Assembly: GCA_013239625.1 (NCBI GenBank)
Contig: MU053487.1
Span: 887,058-951,057 of the forward strand
Direction of reading: 5' to 3'
DNA: 64,000 nucleotides
Source of the DNA: Lama guanicoe
Taxonomy: Eukaryota
Part shown: piece after piece, positions 13,370-26,672 of the stretch
Numbering within the stretch: position 1 is the stretch's first letter
How the letters are laid out: each line of letters opens with the position of its first letter
Notes under the pieces: generated by a model
Database searches by the model: none
What the model was told of the DNA's origin: nothing
Seen by the model: only the letters and a program-made list of their open reading frames with translations
Translations under genes and position numbers: made by a program

Positions 13370-14593
13370 TATAGACAGTATTGAGATTCATCAGTGCAGC
13401 AAGTACTCGTTATGCACTAAACCACTTACTCTCAACCCCCCTGATTCTTGCACGTTTATGGCATCTCACATCAAGCTTACACCTCTGTGTCTCTCTGCTT
13501 TGTTGCTTCAGGAATTTCTCTGAAGCCAAGGAAACCACTCAGGTACAACAAGAGTGGTGGGGGAATTAACCACCCACTTCCCCAAAGCAACCCCCAACCA
13601 ACTGGGGAAGAGAATCAGTATAGGGGTGCCTTGGCTTCCTTTCCTGTCCTGGGAGATGTATTCTACCTGGTTCCTTAAAACATCCTCAACAGCACTGAGT
13701 CCTAGTTGCTCACAGAGGCAGCCAGCAATTAGTGTGCTCTATCCTACCTTTTCTCCCTTATCTTCTGACTCTCTTGCTTTGACCTCTTGCCACTGCCTCT
13801 TAAATAAATTGACAGCACCCAAGTTCTTGTCTCAAGGTTTTGGGTTCTGACACCAATTCTCTGACACTCACTGGGTGTCTTTCAATTCAGTTCAATTCAG
13901 ATAGTGACTACTTGGTATTAGTCTAGACCTCACAAGTGAAATCAAAGTCCCTCACGATACTGTTCCACTTAAGGTGTCATCTGCAAGCCTCAGAGTCACT
14001 CATACTTCTGACCTACTGGCTATAAACTCACAGACTTCCATGATCGCCTCATTTGACCATTTGCTAGAACAACTCACAAAACTCACGGAAAGCCCTGTGC
14101 TTATGATTACAAGTTTTATTATGAAAGATGCAATTCAGGAACAGCCAAAGGGGGTCTCAGTGGCGGGTGGGATGCGGAGCTGCCATGCCTTCTTCTTGTG
14201 GAGTCTGGGTATGTCATCCACCCTGCATTTCAGTGTGTTCATCAACTTTGCTGTCCAGATTTTTATCAGGCATTTATTGGACATTATATGGACATAATTA
14301 ATTAATTCGTTGGCCACATAATTCAACTCTATCTCCAGCTCCCTTCCCCTCCCCAGAGGTTGGGTTTGCTCAAAGATGCAACCCTCTAATCATGCTGTTA
14401 GTCTTCATGGTAACTAGCTCCCATCCTGAAGCTATTGGGGCCTCTGCAAGGAGTCACATTATTAGCATGATAAAGACACTTAGTCACTCAGGAGGTTCCA
14501 AGGGCCATTGAAAGTCTATGCCAGGAAATATGGAAAAGACCAGATATATTTGTTATACTACAAGTATACGTGGGAGGGAATTCAAACTAAAGC
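13370..14593 (+). mobile_element. LTR16-like ERVL LTR, 3' end interrupted by the MER21-like LTR
   Basis: aataaattgacagcacccaagttcttgtctcaagg (about 13804-13838). The terminal motif gggaattcaaactaaagca appears only after the MER21 copy (about 14575-14593). Left boundary is approximate. Confidence 0.6.
13845..14562 (-). mobile_element. MER21-like LTR
   Basis: ctgggtgtctttcaattcagttcaattc, tttgctagaacaactcacaaaactca, and end gaccagatatatttgttatactaca. These match my recollection of MER21 text. Confidence 0.75.
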
Positions 14594-15339
14594 AGAAAAG
14601 TTTTGTACTCACACCCAGCACCTATTAAAAAGCACTTTGGTGGTAGGTTCTAAGCTTTCCTCCTGGGGTGAGGGAGAGGAAGTTGTGTAAGTCTGATGGG
14701 ACCACATCATGGAAGGCCTCATGTTCCGTGTATATAGTGAACATGAGTGCCGATCACGTAGATTTTCTGAGCACAGGGTAATTGAATGAATTTGTTGGCC
14801 TTGAATGCCCACCAACATCCCATGCAGAGCTAGGAATCCTGAATAAGACTTCCTGGAGTTTCATGTGGGCACCTGTAGATGTGACCTGAAGTTATGACCA
14901 AGACCCTGGGCCTCCAAGTCTTTGAAAGCCCTGTCCATTTTAATTAGCAAAGAATCCAGCTTCATCTCCATTTGTAGGGAAACATCCATTCCTGTTTCAT
15001 AAGACATGCAGATTCTGCTCTTCCCAGTGCATTTAAGACCCTCTGGAACACTCTGGTTCCAGGCATCTGTACATCCCACGGGGTCTCTGAGCCTTGCTTA
15101 TCTCTGTAACTGATGGATCGAGGCACTGGCCCCACTGTCCTTGCTCATCCACCACTGGACCCAGCTCCCTCCCAACCCTATCATTTCCAACGCTTTGATG
15201 AATCAGTTTTCATTTTCCAGGCCAAGTATGCTGCCATGTTTGGCTGGAGACATTCCACCTTTCTGAAATGCCCAGTCTCTGTGCCTTTGTTGTCCTCTCT
15301 GGGCTCCTGGCCTTTCTTTCCATCTGTGTCATAAGGAAA

Positions 15340-15830
15340 GCAGCCTGCTGCTGCTATGCCCTGTGGCTGCTTGCCTGAGTAACTTTGCTTTTCATAATGA
15401 GGCTTAATTATAAGTTTTATTGACAAACTTACGTTATGCCATAGGAACCCATCTTGAATCAATTAAAATCAATTAATCACACTGTGATTAACTTTAATTG
15501 TGGGATGTTTCCAACACCCAGGAAATAACCATTCACATATGTTTCAATTAATATTTTTACCCCCCTTTGTTGACAAATGAGCTATTGTACGTAAAATTAA
15601 TTAAATGTTAGCATGGTCCCAATTAACATTGCATTAACAAAAAAAAAATGCCTTGATTGTCAATACTGAGCAAAAAATCTGTGACAATCTACCACTTACA
15701 TTGTTCAGCATATGTTATTTAAACATATGAGGGAGCCTAACCTTTTTTCAAATACAGTGGATGATCTGGTCAAAATGTGAGGCCACATTTAAAGCCATTA
15801 AAAATCTTGAGATTTTTAACTCTGACGTGA
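15340..15830. promoter_or_regulatory. Candidate conserved non-coding element / homeodomain enhancer
   Basis: No recognisable repeat. Dense TAAT/ATTA, four TGACA/TGTCA sites, TTTTATTGAC and a TTAATCACA-C-TGTGATTAA palindrome. Confidence 0.45.
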
Positions 15831-16241
15831 GATAAACAGGGAAAATAAAAACTTTGTCCATCTGGAAATTGTTGCCTATCTTTTCCTGTGTTTTTGCTAA
15901 ACCAAGATTTAATGTCTTTAGGTTATCAGTACTTTATATATAGTGTCTTTTTATTTTACTCAATATTTTGTATTATTTTTCTCTTTCATCTCTAAAATGT
16001 CTCATTTCCCTCTATCTTGAATTTTTTTTACCTAAATGCTATATATTGTGCTGTAAATTCCAAACAGCATATTTCATTTTTCACCTAACCTTTTGTTTAC
16101 AAGGCCCATCTTATGTGGGCCTATTTTACATGCAAACATTGTTTACACATGCCCATATTGATAAGCTTTCCTATTGTTTCCAACTCTTCGCTTTTGTAAA
16201 CAATACTGTGATGAATATCTTTGTGTATCTGAATTTGGGTA

Positions 16242-16773
16242 TATTAGGGCCCAGAGCAGACCACCCCCGAATATGCCTCAATAGCATATTGATTATTTTG
16301 AATTATAGTTACTTAAGAAACAATCAATACAAGAGGAATACTCTGACTCTCCTTTCTGTTTCCCTGGAATTAAAGAATGAACTTCTCATGTGAAAGGTAC
16401 ATACCCTGCATCTGGAGGTGGAAAGACATCCTACTGCCAAAGATTCAGAATTCAGGGCTGAGAAATAAACCTTGTCACTTCTTTAATTTACTATCCTAAG
16501 CTCAGACTTTGTTTTGAGCCTTCACTAATTGGATACCCAAAACCTAAGTTTCTTTATTCTGTGAATTCCTCACAGATTTGTTTCTTTGCCTAAAAAGTAT
16601 AAAAGCTGCCTGCTTTGGCCACATCTTAGGTTCCATTTCTATAGGATCTCCATGTACATGAATTAAAATTTGTTTCTTTTTTTCTGTTAATCTGTCTTGC
16701 GTCAGTTTTATTATTAGACCAGCCAAAAACTCAAGAATGTTGTGGTGGGGGAGGAAATACCCCCTCCCCAACA
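16242..16773 (+). mobile_element. ERV1 solo LTR, MER34-like, inserted into an L1 remnant
   Basis: 4-bp TSD GGTA at 16238-16241 and 16774-16777. Ends ...CCCCAACA. Contains ccacccccgaatatgcctc..gattattttgaatt and ttttctgttaatctgtctt motifs. Confidence 0.85.
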
Positions 16774-18279
16774 GGTACTTGTCTGAGATACATTCCTGGG
16801 AAGGCAGTTACTGGGTTATAGAGCAAGTGCAGAGTGCACTTCAGAACCGATCATATTTTACAGGGGAGGAAACAGAGATCTGGAGATTTTAAGCAATTTT
16901 TCCAAGGCCAAGTTTGTGACTAGGCTTGATCTCAGATCTTCTGAATCTTAGTGAGGTATTTATTTCCCAATGTGCTAACATTTCAATTTCCCTGAACTCC
17001 CTGGAATTTACTAAGCAAAATTTCTCTAGTATGATAGCTTCATTACATTCTAGCTTGGACTCATCCTCATTGTGGTCACCTTAAAAGTCACCATCCAATC
17101 TCTAAGTTACAGTTGACAGAAAGACATATGCAGCTATTATCAGGCAATAGGATTGGGAATTTAGGTCTAAACTGCTCTCTTCAAAAAGATACGCTTATTG
17201 GGCAAAAGCCTATAAAACCAGTCAAAAGTTTTTAGAATAGGTGATGGAGCTATAATAATTATCAATCTGAGATTTCAGAGTTCTTCTCACCAAAGGGAGC
17301 AAAACACTGTTTCAATGATTTGAAAAACCATAAATCCCACATTTATCTTTATAAGTAAGCTTGCCCTGAAGGGTGTATATCTGTATGTCTTTGAGAGATA
17401 TAAAATGATATAAATCTTCTAAGCTTTTAAGTTGTCTTTGGAGCTTTATATTTCTTTTGGGTGTTTGGAGACAATTTGACTGCTAAGATGCCATCCCTGG
17501 ATACATCGTTTTCCCTCCCTGTTTCCCCCACCTCAGTTCACATCAATTACTTAAGGGTTAATTGAGTAACTGCTGAATCTAAGCACTAGAGTATAAGAGC
17601 TGTATACATTTCCTGTCCTTATAATACAAGACATGGGGAAATAAGTAACAATTCTGAGTGCCAAGCTGAGGGCTGTGGGTGACTAGAAAGCAGAAAGAGC
17701 CACTGAGTCAGTGAGAACGAGTGGTGAGCAGGGAGGGGAGATTTGGGCTGGACTTTAACAGATGTGTGGGAGGTGGTCAGGCAGAAGAAGGAAGGAAGGA
17801 TCTTAAGTGCAGGAGACAGTAGAGCCCTTCATCTTCCTCCTGTACTCACACTCCAGCCCCTGCTCCTGCTCCCCCTACAGTAGCCATGTTCAGAAATAAC
17901 CCAGCATCCCTGAGGGAAGAGGAACAAATGTTCTACATTGCACCACGCTAAGCATACCCCTCCAGTACTTGTGCCTGTGAAATGCATTTCACGCCTCATC
18001 TGTTTCCCAAATGAGATGTGAAAGCAGTTTACACCTCGTTTACATTTGTGCTGTTTTACCAAACAGCATAGATACAGCTCCATCCAAAGTAATGAAATGG
18101 GGTCAGTCACCCTTTCTCTCCTTGGATGGAATCCACTCAGCTCTTCAGATCCTCCCAGGCAACCAGGCATCTACTAAGTGTCAGGAGAGAAGGTGCAAAG
18201 CTTGATGGAGAGGTGTAGGGAGCAACAATGTTCAGATCCTTTCAGGTGAGGGAAATGACCTTTCTTTGAAGGCAGTGGT

Positions 18280-19470
18280 ACTTTATTGAGTATCATTTTC
18301 TTAAGTGAAAATTCTGAAATCACAAGGTGAACTTAGAAGAATCTTAACTTTTGTATATACTTATGCAATTAAGATAATAGAAAATTTCTCTCACTCCTGA
18401 AAATTTTCTTGTATCTCTTTCCAGTCAGTAGCCCTCTCCCCAGAGATAACCACTATTCTGACGTTTGTTGCCGCCATGGATATATTGCGCTTATTCTAGA
18501 GCTTATTATACGTGAAAGCATATAGTGTGTACTGACTTCTTTTGCTCAGATAACATCTGAGATTCATGTATGTTGTTGAGTGTATCAGTAGCACAGTCTT
18601 TTAAATTGGTGGATAGTATTCCACTGTATGAATAAAACACAGTTTAGTCATTTTCCTGTTGATAGACATTTGGGTGGTATTCCGTTTTTGTCTATTATAA
18701 ATAAAACTGCTGTGAGTATTCTTGCACAAGGTTTTAAGGACATATATACTAATTTCTCTTGGAAACACAGCTAGGAGTGGAATTTCTGGGTTGCAGTATA
18801 GATATATTTTAACTTTATTAGAAACTGCCAAACGTTCCTCCAAAGTGATTGAACTATTTTACACTCCCACTAGAAATTCTGGTTGCTTTTGTTGATTCAA
18901 GAGAATGAAATTGTGTTGCCAGTCACTGTAAAGCAGCACAAATACATTTAAGGAACATGAGATAAAAGACAAGATTATGTATTTTGGAAGAGAACTATAA
19001 CATGAAAAGAGTTCCCATGCGTGGATCTTTATTGCCCCAAATAATCTCTCTTGACTGTCCTAATTTTACCTAAAACTCACTAATTTAAAAATGCACAACA
19101 TGTTTTGTCTCCTTTAAACTACCTGCCTGTAGGATATAAGAACAAAACGCTAGGAGTCACATGCCCATGCTGTATAGGAGGCCATTTGCCCAATTTCACC
19201 AAACAGAATAATAATGTTTGTAATTTTTGCCAAATTGACAAATATTTATCTCTCATTTCTGTCTTTAATTTTTGTGCTTTGATAGTTAATGAAGTAGAGC
19301 ATTTTATTTGTTTATTGATATGTGTGGCTTTTTTCTTAATGAATTGACTTTTCATGTTCTTTGCCCATAGTCTCTGGTATTTGTCTTTTTTCTGTTCTTT
19401 AGATTGCTTTAGACTGACAATTGGTTGTCCTGTTTGTTGAAAATATTTCTCTTTCAGTTGTTTGTCTTTT
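18280..19470 (-). mobile_element. Old L1 3' fragments (L1MC/L1ME-like)
   Basis: cccagagataaccactattctgac, gtattccactgtatgaata, ctaggagtggaatttctgggt. Minus ORF 18601-18843 (YCNPEIPLLAVFPRE..FIHTVEYY) is degenerate ORF2. Confidence 0.8.
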
Positions 19471-21003
19471 TAAAATAAAAACTACTTTTTATCATTTTTT
19501 AAAATCCTACTTGCTCATCATAAAACATCCAAGCAATAGAGAAAAGATTACAGAAAGATAATTCTTCCAAATCCCACTTTCCAGAGATAAAACAAAAAAT
19601 AAAACCAAGAAATAATGAAGTTCTGGTGAAAATCACTTCAGGCATCACTCCATGCATATATGGAGAAAACTAACTAGTTATGTAGGTAGAATTTTGGAAG
19701 ATTTGCTTTAAAAATACAATAAAGTTCTAATCAAATGGCTACACTTAAGGTAAGTATTTTTTATTGCAAAATACATTAATCCTAAAAGATTCTTATTATT
19801 TAAAACTTCATGAATGTGGAACAATATTTGAAGCACGTAATTTAACTTTGGACTGTATCTTTGGAAATCTTAGCTTTTACAGTGAAAAAATTAGCAAACA
19901 TACTTGTTTCTATTTCTCCGTCACTTTTAGTTTTATTACCTCAGTATTTTGATGTTGTCAGGTTTTATAACATTTATAGCCTTTTCCCTAAATGTAATTC
20001 CCATAGTTGTCGATTTTTCTTCTGTTTTTAAATATATCATCAACGTTTCTTTTACCTTGGCATTGCCTTCATATTTTCTTTCTTTTGGTTTATTGCTTTT
20101 TATATTCACTTCATTATTCTAATAATTTTCCTCACAAAAGGCTCACGGGTGTTAAAATTTCCTAAGGTCTTGCATATTTCAAGAGTATTTCTCAGTTGCA
20201 TTTGCACTCCTTGAAGGTCTGCTTGGCTAGTATACAGTTATTGGGTCATGCCTTCTTTTCCTCAGAATTTTATGGATGTTACACCAGTGTCTACTGGATA
20301 AAGTAGAGAACAAGAAGAACCTCATGAATTCCCTCCCCAACATACACGCTTACACACTCTGTAGGTCGGTGTGTGACTTTCTCTTTTTACCTAGATACTC
20401 ATCTGATTTTTTTTTCCTTTTAATTATATATCTTTTGGTGGTTACTCTAGAGGTCACAATTTATACTTTTGACTTATCAAAGTCTGATGTTACTTGGACT
20501 GTAATCCTCTTCCTGGGCAATGTTAAACATTTTAACTCCGTTTAACCTCCTATGCACTTATATGTAATGGTTGTGTATTTTAGTTCTCTACATATTTTAA
20601 GCCCTGTAAAACACAATAGTAATATAATAATTATTATTGTTATTTTGTAAAGAAAATATTCATTTAGGTTGACACACATATTTAGTATGTATCTCTCTCT
20701 CTTTTTTTTTTTTTTGCTCTTCATTCCTTCCTGCATCTCCAAGAAAACACGTGGGATTATTTTCTTTCTGCCTGAGGAACACCCGTTGTTATTTCCTCAA
20801 GTGTGGTCTGGATGTGCTGCTTATGAATCCTTTCGGTTTTTATTTGTGTTTGTTTCACCTTCATTCTGCAGGTATATTTTGCTGAGTATTGAGCTCTAGA
20901 TTGATGCTTTTGTGCTTTCAGCACTTTGAAGGTATGGGTTCATTATCTTCTCTTGGATTCCTTTGTCTCTGGTAAGAAGTCTGATTGTTGCTGCTCTTTG
21001 GAG

Positions 21004-21409
21004 TGAGGAGCCTGATGCCCTTTTGGATGTTTAACTGCTGACAGCTTTTAAGCCTCCCCTCTCTCTCTTCCCCTTCAGCCCCACATCAGGACAAGCTTAT
21101 AAGAAACCTGGGTGCTCCCTCCTTTGCTGCTGGTGGGAGAATCAAACCACATGAGTCCCTACCTGCACAAGAGAGCCCTCACCCCGGCCCAACTCTCCAA
21201 CCACAATGGAAACTCAGGCCAGTCTCCTTTGCTCGCTCTCTAAAGTCATTTCAGACCTGCTTGAGAGTCTTTCCCTGCTCTCCCCAAAGACACAAGTATG
21301 TAAATAGGAAACCTTTCCACAGCCTTTTGGTGTGTGTGGCATCTTCAGTCTTGACTTTCGAACCAAACTTTGGATGGGAGTCCTTTTGTCTCTGCAGGGG
21401 ACAGTGACG
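21004..21409 (+). mobile_element. ERVL-class solo LTR, MER54-like, inserted into an L1
   Basis: TGAGGAG start. gccccacatcaggacaagcttataagaaacctgggtgctccctcc recalled as MER54/MER74-group text. GC-richer island within AT-rich L1. Confidence 0.7.
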
Positions 21410-21471
21410 CTTTTAAAAGTCTCTTTTGTTTAGCATTCATGAATTTTTAGTGTTCATCAGGTATTTAGTTG

Positions 21472-21512
21472 TAATTTAATTTAATTTAATTTAATTTAAT
21501 TTAATTTAATTT
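21472..21512. repeat. (TTTAA)n pentanucleotide microsatellite
   Basis: Directly visible, about 7-8 perfect units. Confidence 0.95.
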
Positions 21513-24500
21513 TACTCTTGCTTAGGTCTTCTTGAACCTGTAGCTTGATTTTTTTTTTTTACCAGTTTTTAAAAATTCCAAGCCATAATCTCTTCAAGTA
21601 TTGCTTTGGTCCAATTATCTATAGCCTCTCTTTCTGGGACTCCATGTATGTCAGTTTTTCTCACTTTTTTTCTCTTTTTCATCCTTTTCTCTCCTGTGTT
21701 TCACTTTAGATATTTTCTTCTGACCTTGCTTCCAGTTCAATAATTCCCTTTTCACTGGTGTTGAAACCTATATGTTAATTTCTTGATTTAGCTAATTGTG
21801 TTTTTTAGTGTAAGAGTTTTGATTTTCAGTAATAGTTCATGTATGAACTAATATATATTCTTATAAAACACAAATGTCAGCTGAGAGTTTGCACCATTTC
21901 ACTGTTTCAAATTTAACACACAGATATTCCAAGTGGTCATATAGAATGACAGAGTTGAAGTAGTTCACAAACAAAAAAAGGAATTTTGACTTAATGCTAT
22001 TTTATAATTCCTAGTTCTCTCCCAAATCCTCAGTCTTGTGTTTTCCTCCTCGAATATGTTAAGGACAGTTATTTTAAAGTTTATGTTTGGAACCTCCCTT
22101 ATCTTGAACCTCTGTGGGCTATTTCAATTACTTATTGTTTCTATTGGTTTTGTTTAGGTTTTCTTGCTTTTTCATTTCTGTTTGTTTTCAATGCAATGTT
22201 TCTTGCATGTCCAATGGGAGAATTGGCCTGAATTACCTAGTTTGCTATTAAAAGTGGAAGGCTGAGTCTTTATTTTATCTTCAACCCTTATGTTGAGCAA
22301 CTTTATCAGGATAGAACTTGCTAATGAATATTTCACCATCAAGTATACATATATAAAGTATACATTTATAAATATTTGGTTCATTTCTTTTTTCTCAGGA
22401 TATCAATTATGTTGATTCTTCTTTGTTTTTTATCTTATCATCCCCATAATAATTCTTTAAGAATCTATTCTTTTTCTTACTGTTTGAGTGATTGTCTGTG
22501 CTTTGTTAAGCCAGGGACCTGACTGTATTTTTAATTATATACATTTAATGTTTTTTTGCTTTAAATATGACTTTAACCTCTGTAATATTTTTATTTTCTT
22601 CTTACATTTCTACCTGCACTTTGTCAGCTCACTTTATTGCTCCTTTTAATTATCTTATTAACTCTTTTGAAGATTTTTGAACTTACAGGTCTCCTTTTGG
22701 GGTATTTCTAGAAAAGAAAGTTCCATAGAATTTTCTGAGACTCTGAGGAATCATTTGCATGTGCTCTTATTCTCTTTCCTTGTGTATGCTTTTTATCTCG
22801 TGTTTTTTCTTTTCTCTCTTTTTTTTTTTTTAAAATATGTGAGTCTAGTGACTTTTCCATTACAGTTTATTTTTACTAAGGTCAAATAGTTACTATATGA
22901 GGAGAAACTTGTAGTGAGGTTTGAGCCAAAGGCATCTATGATTTAGATTCAGGATTTGTGGTTTTCAGCATGCTCTAATTTAATCTGTCATCTGCCTTAC
23001 CCTGAGCTTAATTCTCCTCTTAATTGTTGAAGTTCAGTGGTCATTGTGGCCCAGAGCAAGTCCTTTTAATTCACTGACTTTCAGGGTTATCATTTGATAT
23101 TTGTTCTTCCCACCTGCCTTCTCATTGCTTTATCTCTGAAGCCCCATTTGGTTGGGAGTCTCAGGAAGCATACTGGCCAGACTTGAAAAGAGAATCGGTG
23201 TGTTCTTCCTGCAACATCTGAGATTATAATTTAGGCGGAGTTTAGGCATGAGCACAGTCCAAATGTGGAGGCAGAAGTTGTTTCCTGGGCTAGTGACCGG
23301 TTTCAGGTGATAAGCATTCCATCAGAGAGGCCTCTTCCAGTGTTCCAGGATTGGAGTTCTCATGTCACAGGAGCTGCTGCTGTGGGGCGAGGACCCTTGG
23401 GAAGCTACTCTTCTTCAAGCCCAAAGCAGCTCCTTGAGCTGACTTTTTCCTTGCACCAGTTCTCCAAGGACCTACTCAGTTTTTCCTCTCAGTCATAGCC
23501 ATTTCTGACTGCAACTTTGGGCTCTCCTCTTCCAAAGCTTGGTTGTGAGAGAAACACGCTCTCCAGCTGTGCTGAAAACAAATCCCAAGCCTTTGTGTTT
23601 TAGGAGTTTTATTGTTTATTCCTCTGGAGAAGGCATCTGAGAGTTCACAGATCAGAGGAGTGATAAAGTCTATAGAATTGTGAGGTTCTAATTCCAGGGG
23701 TGTAACTCTGACTTCTTTCTCAGGCAGATGAATGTAAGGCTATTGACTGTATGGTAGGATAGTGTATTGGGTCAGACATAGGAATGAGTAAACATGTAAA
23801 AACTTTTCTATTATTTGTACATATGGAATCTGCAACTGCTTCTAAATATCTGTGGAATCTATCTGTGTGGATAGGAAAGAGGGAGGCAGATCTGAAAGCT
23901 TGACTCATTCCTCCTCAGTGATCAGAGGAAAGTGAGAGAGGAAAATCAAAGTCGGCCCAAAGTTTCCAGCATATGATTTGGAAACTGCCTGTCAGTCTTA
24001 CCCAGTGAAGTCTCACATGTTTACCAAGACCATCCTGGACAGTGCCTTTCCTCACAGAGAAATGAGAAGTGTGCATAGAGTGGTGATGAGGACACTGGCT
24101 GGGAATTAGGACATGTGCATCCTGCTCAGACCTCTTCCACCAAATGGTTATTTAACTGCGAATAAGCAATTGACCTCTTTAGGCTTTAGTCCCTTCACTC
24201 ACTATTAATGTGCGTGGCTTGCTGATCTTTTCAAGGGGGGTTAGTTTGTAGAAAAATTTACACATTTCTGCTTCCAACTGAAAATGTAAATTAGCTTGTT
24301 GTTTCCTTTTGATTACTTGTAACATTCAAAACAGAAGAAAGACACCTGGAAAGGAAGCATTTCCTCCAACTTCTGCAATTCCCTTAAGAGAATTCCAGAA
24401 CCTTTGAGCTTCTCTTAGGTTTCTTTGAGGTTTCTCAGCCCAGAGACTGTCAGCATATCCTCCATTCTGTCCACACTTTCAGCAGGTGTGTGTAGGTGGA

Positions 24501-24689
24501 GCTCCGATTCTAAAATAACTCAAATGAACTCACACATCCTTTTTTTTTTGCAACTTGCTGTTCAGTTGAAGTCCTTAAATTGTCAACATTTTTCTTAGTG
24601 GTTAAATAGAACAAGAAACAAAGACTAATGGCCACTAATGGCCACATATAACACAATTATATTTGAGCCATTTAAATTTCAGTAGCACC

Positions 24690-25010
24690 CATGTCAACTC
24701 CTAAAAGTAAACAAACAGATACCGTATCACGACATAAAAATGAGTAAACACGTAAAAACTTTCCTATTATTTGTGCATACAGAATCTGCAACTGTTTCTA
24801 AATATACATATAAAACATCACTAGCTTTTTAGTATACTTTTGGATATAATTAGGAAAAAGATCTCTGTCATCACAGCAAGAAAATAAATAATACCCAGGA
24901 ATGCAGTTAACAAGAAATGTGGCACAAGGAAAACTTTACTAAGGGGTATAAAATGACTGAGAAGATTTAGTTCTGCGAAGGTGCTCATTTTCCCCGAATT
25001 AACTTTTGCG
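24690..25010 (+). mobile_element. Ancient L1 ORF2 fragment
   Basis: aaataaataatacccaggaatgcagttaacaagaaatgtg resembles the L1 ORF2 IKYLGI region. Confidence 0.55.
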
Positions 25011-25308
25011 TTTAATGTGAGGAAGAAGCTGAGGTTCAGAGATTCTGAAAGACTTGCCTTTGGCTGCAATGGCAGCAGAAGGGAAGTCAGAATCTGAAAC
25101 CTAGTCTCTCAAACTGCCTTCTTCTCACGATTTCATATAGCACTGAACTACTAAGAAGCAAGATATATATGTTAATCTAAAGATAACGTTGGACACTCAA
25201 ATTCCACGAGGTTCAGGCTTTCTGAAAGATTTATTCTCCACTGGCTTCATCTCACACGAACAACCTCACGTACTCCATCTACACTACCTAGATGCTGTGG
25301 CATCACGA

Positions 25309-25746
25309 TGTAGGGAAGCAAAATCTGCCACCCCAAAATGGGTCTCTTTGCCGTGAGGATTAATTTAGGCTGATTATTTGTAAGAAACAGAAGACTCAGG
25401 AAGTCTTTCTTTTTGCCTCCTCTTAGCTGCCTAAAACATTTAGATAGAGGGACTGTTAGGAATAATGTTTGTTTTTTCATCTTCATGTGACTTGCCTTCC
25501 TCCCCTTTTTGAAGTTCAGAGCCATTATCTCCAGCATCCTCTTTTGTCTTTAGCTGATGGTGCTATTTAAGGTGAGGGCTTTGGCTGTTTTGGTGAGTTA
25601 CTCAGTTCTCCTGGGTCTCTGCCATGTATACATGTTATTAAACTGTTGTTTGATTTTTCTACTGTTAATCTGTCTCATGTCAATTTAATTCTAAGACCAG
25701 CCATAAGAACCGAGAAGGGTAAAGGAAAATTTCGTCCTCCTCAACA
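25309..25746 (+). mobile_element. ERV1 solo LTR, MER34-like
   Basis: TGTAGGGAAGCAAAATCTGCCACCCCAAAAT...CCTCAACA. Shares 5' and 3' motifs with the LTR at 16242-16773 (ctgttaatctgtct, agaccagcca). Confidence 0.8.
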
Positions 25747-26269
25747 GCTACTTTCCAAAAAAAAAAAAAAAAAAAGAATCCTTATTCAAAATTTCAAGCA
25801 GTGTTCTGGCTGTTTGGATCCCCAGACTGCAATGCTCCTTCCCTGATAGATCCAGGGCAATAACCCCAACCTTAAATCTATTCCAGACATTTCACCCTTG
25901 TTCTTGGTCTTACTTATGTTTATCATACAGCTTCAGCAGTTACTGAAGATCGTGATCCACCATGCTTTGCCCTCCCTTCTCTGTGGTTGTCCGTGACCTT
26001 GAGGATAACCTTGTCCTGATCCATATGCTGATCTAGCATCCCTGCTTGCACTGCCTCCAGTATCACCTCGGTTGCTTTCAGTACTTTTTGATACCCTGGC
26101 CGAAAATATCAGAGGTCTTGATATATCTGGTGTTTTAAGTCTATTTTGTGCTTGTCAAGTAGGAAAAGTTGGAATAAGTTTAGTTTTCACTGACTTAATC
26201 TCACAATTGAGTACAGCTGTCCCCTCACCAGATGTGGGGGCTGAGTTAAAAGAAAAGACAAGTGAGCAT

Positions 26270-26672
26270 CTTTATTTCTTCCCTTCTTCCACAGTAATTT
26301 TTGATTGGGTACATTTCCCCACTTCCCTTGCATCTAGGTCTGCCCATGTGATTAAGTTCTGGATAATGGGATATTAGGTTTGTGTGCAATTTCTGAGATA
26401 CGACCTCGCAGGTGGTACATTCCCTTTTCTTTTTTCTTTCCTTCTGCTGCTTAGAGTGTGGGTCCACAGTGAGCCATTTTTTTTTTTATCACATGGACAA
26501 AATATGCCAGGGATGCAGAGCAACGAGACAGTAGGAGCCTGGGTCACAGATAAATTTGCAAAAACAGAAATTTACTATCAGCTTGGACTTTTATATAAAA
26601 TAGAAATAATTTCTCTCTTGTTTAAGCCTCTATAATTTTTGTTATCACATGTAGGCAAATTTGTGCCTTAAC
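26270..26672 (+). mobile_element. MaLR LTR, MLT1J/K-like
   Basis: acatttccccacttcccttgcatctagg..ccatgtgattaagttctgg and ggagcctgggtc..gaaataatttctctcttgtttaagcc. Confidence 0.65.

Larger units (their letters stand above)
19980..22900 (-). mobile_element. Cluster of old, degenerate L1 internal fragments
   Basis: T-rich L1-antisense text: tttcagcactttgaag, ccataatctcttcaagtattgctt, ctctttctgggactcca. Interrupted by an LTR and a (TTTAA)n repeat. Boundaries are approximate. Confidence 0.6.

Noticed and set aside
23775..24805. CRISPR-like array or LTR pair
   Set aside because: Only two copies, no spacer periodicity, no TG..CA termini or primer-binding site, and a eukaryotic context.
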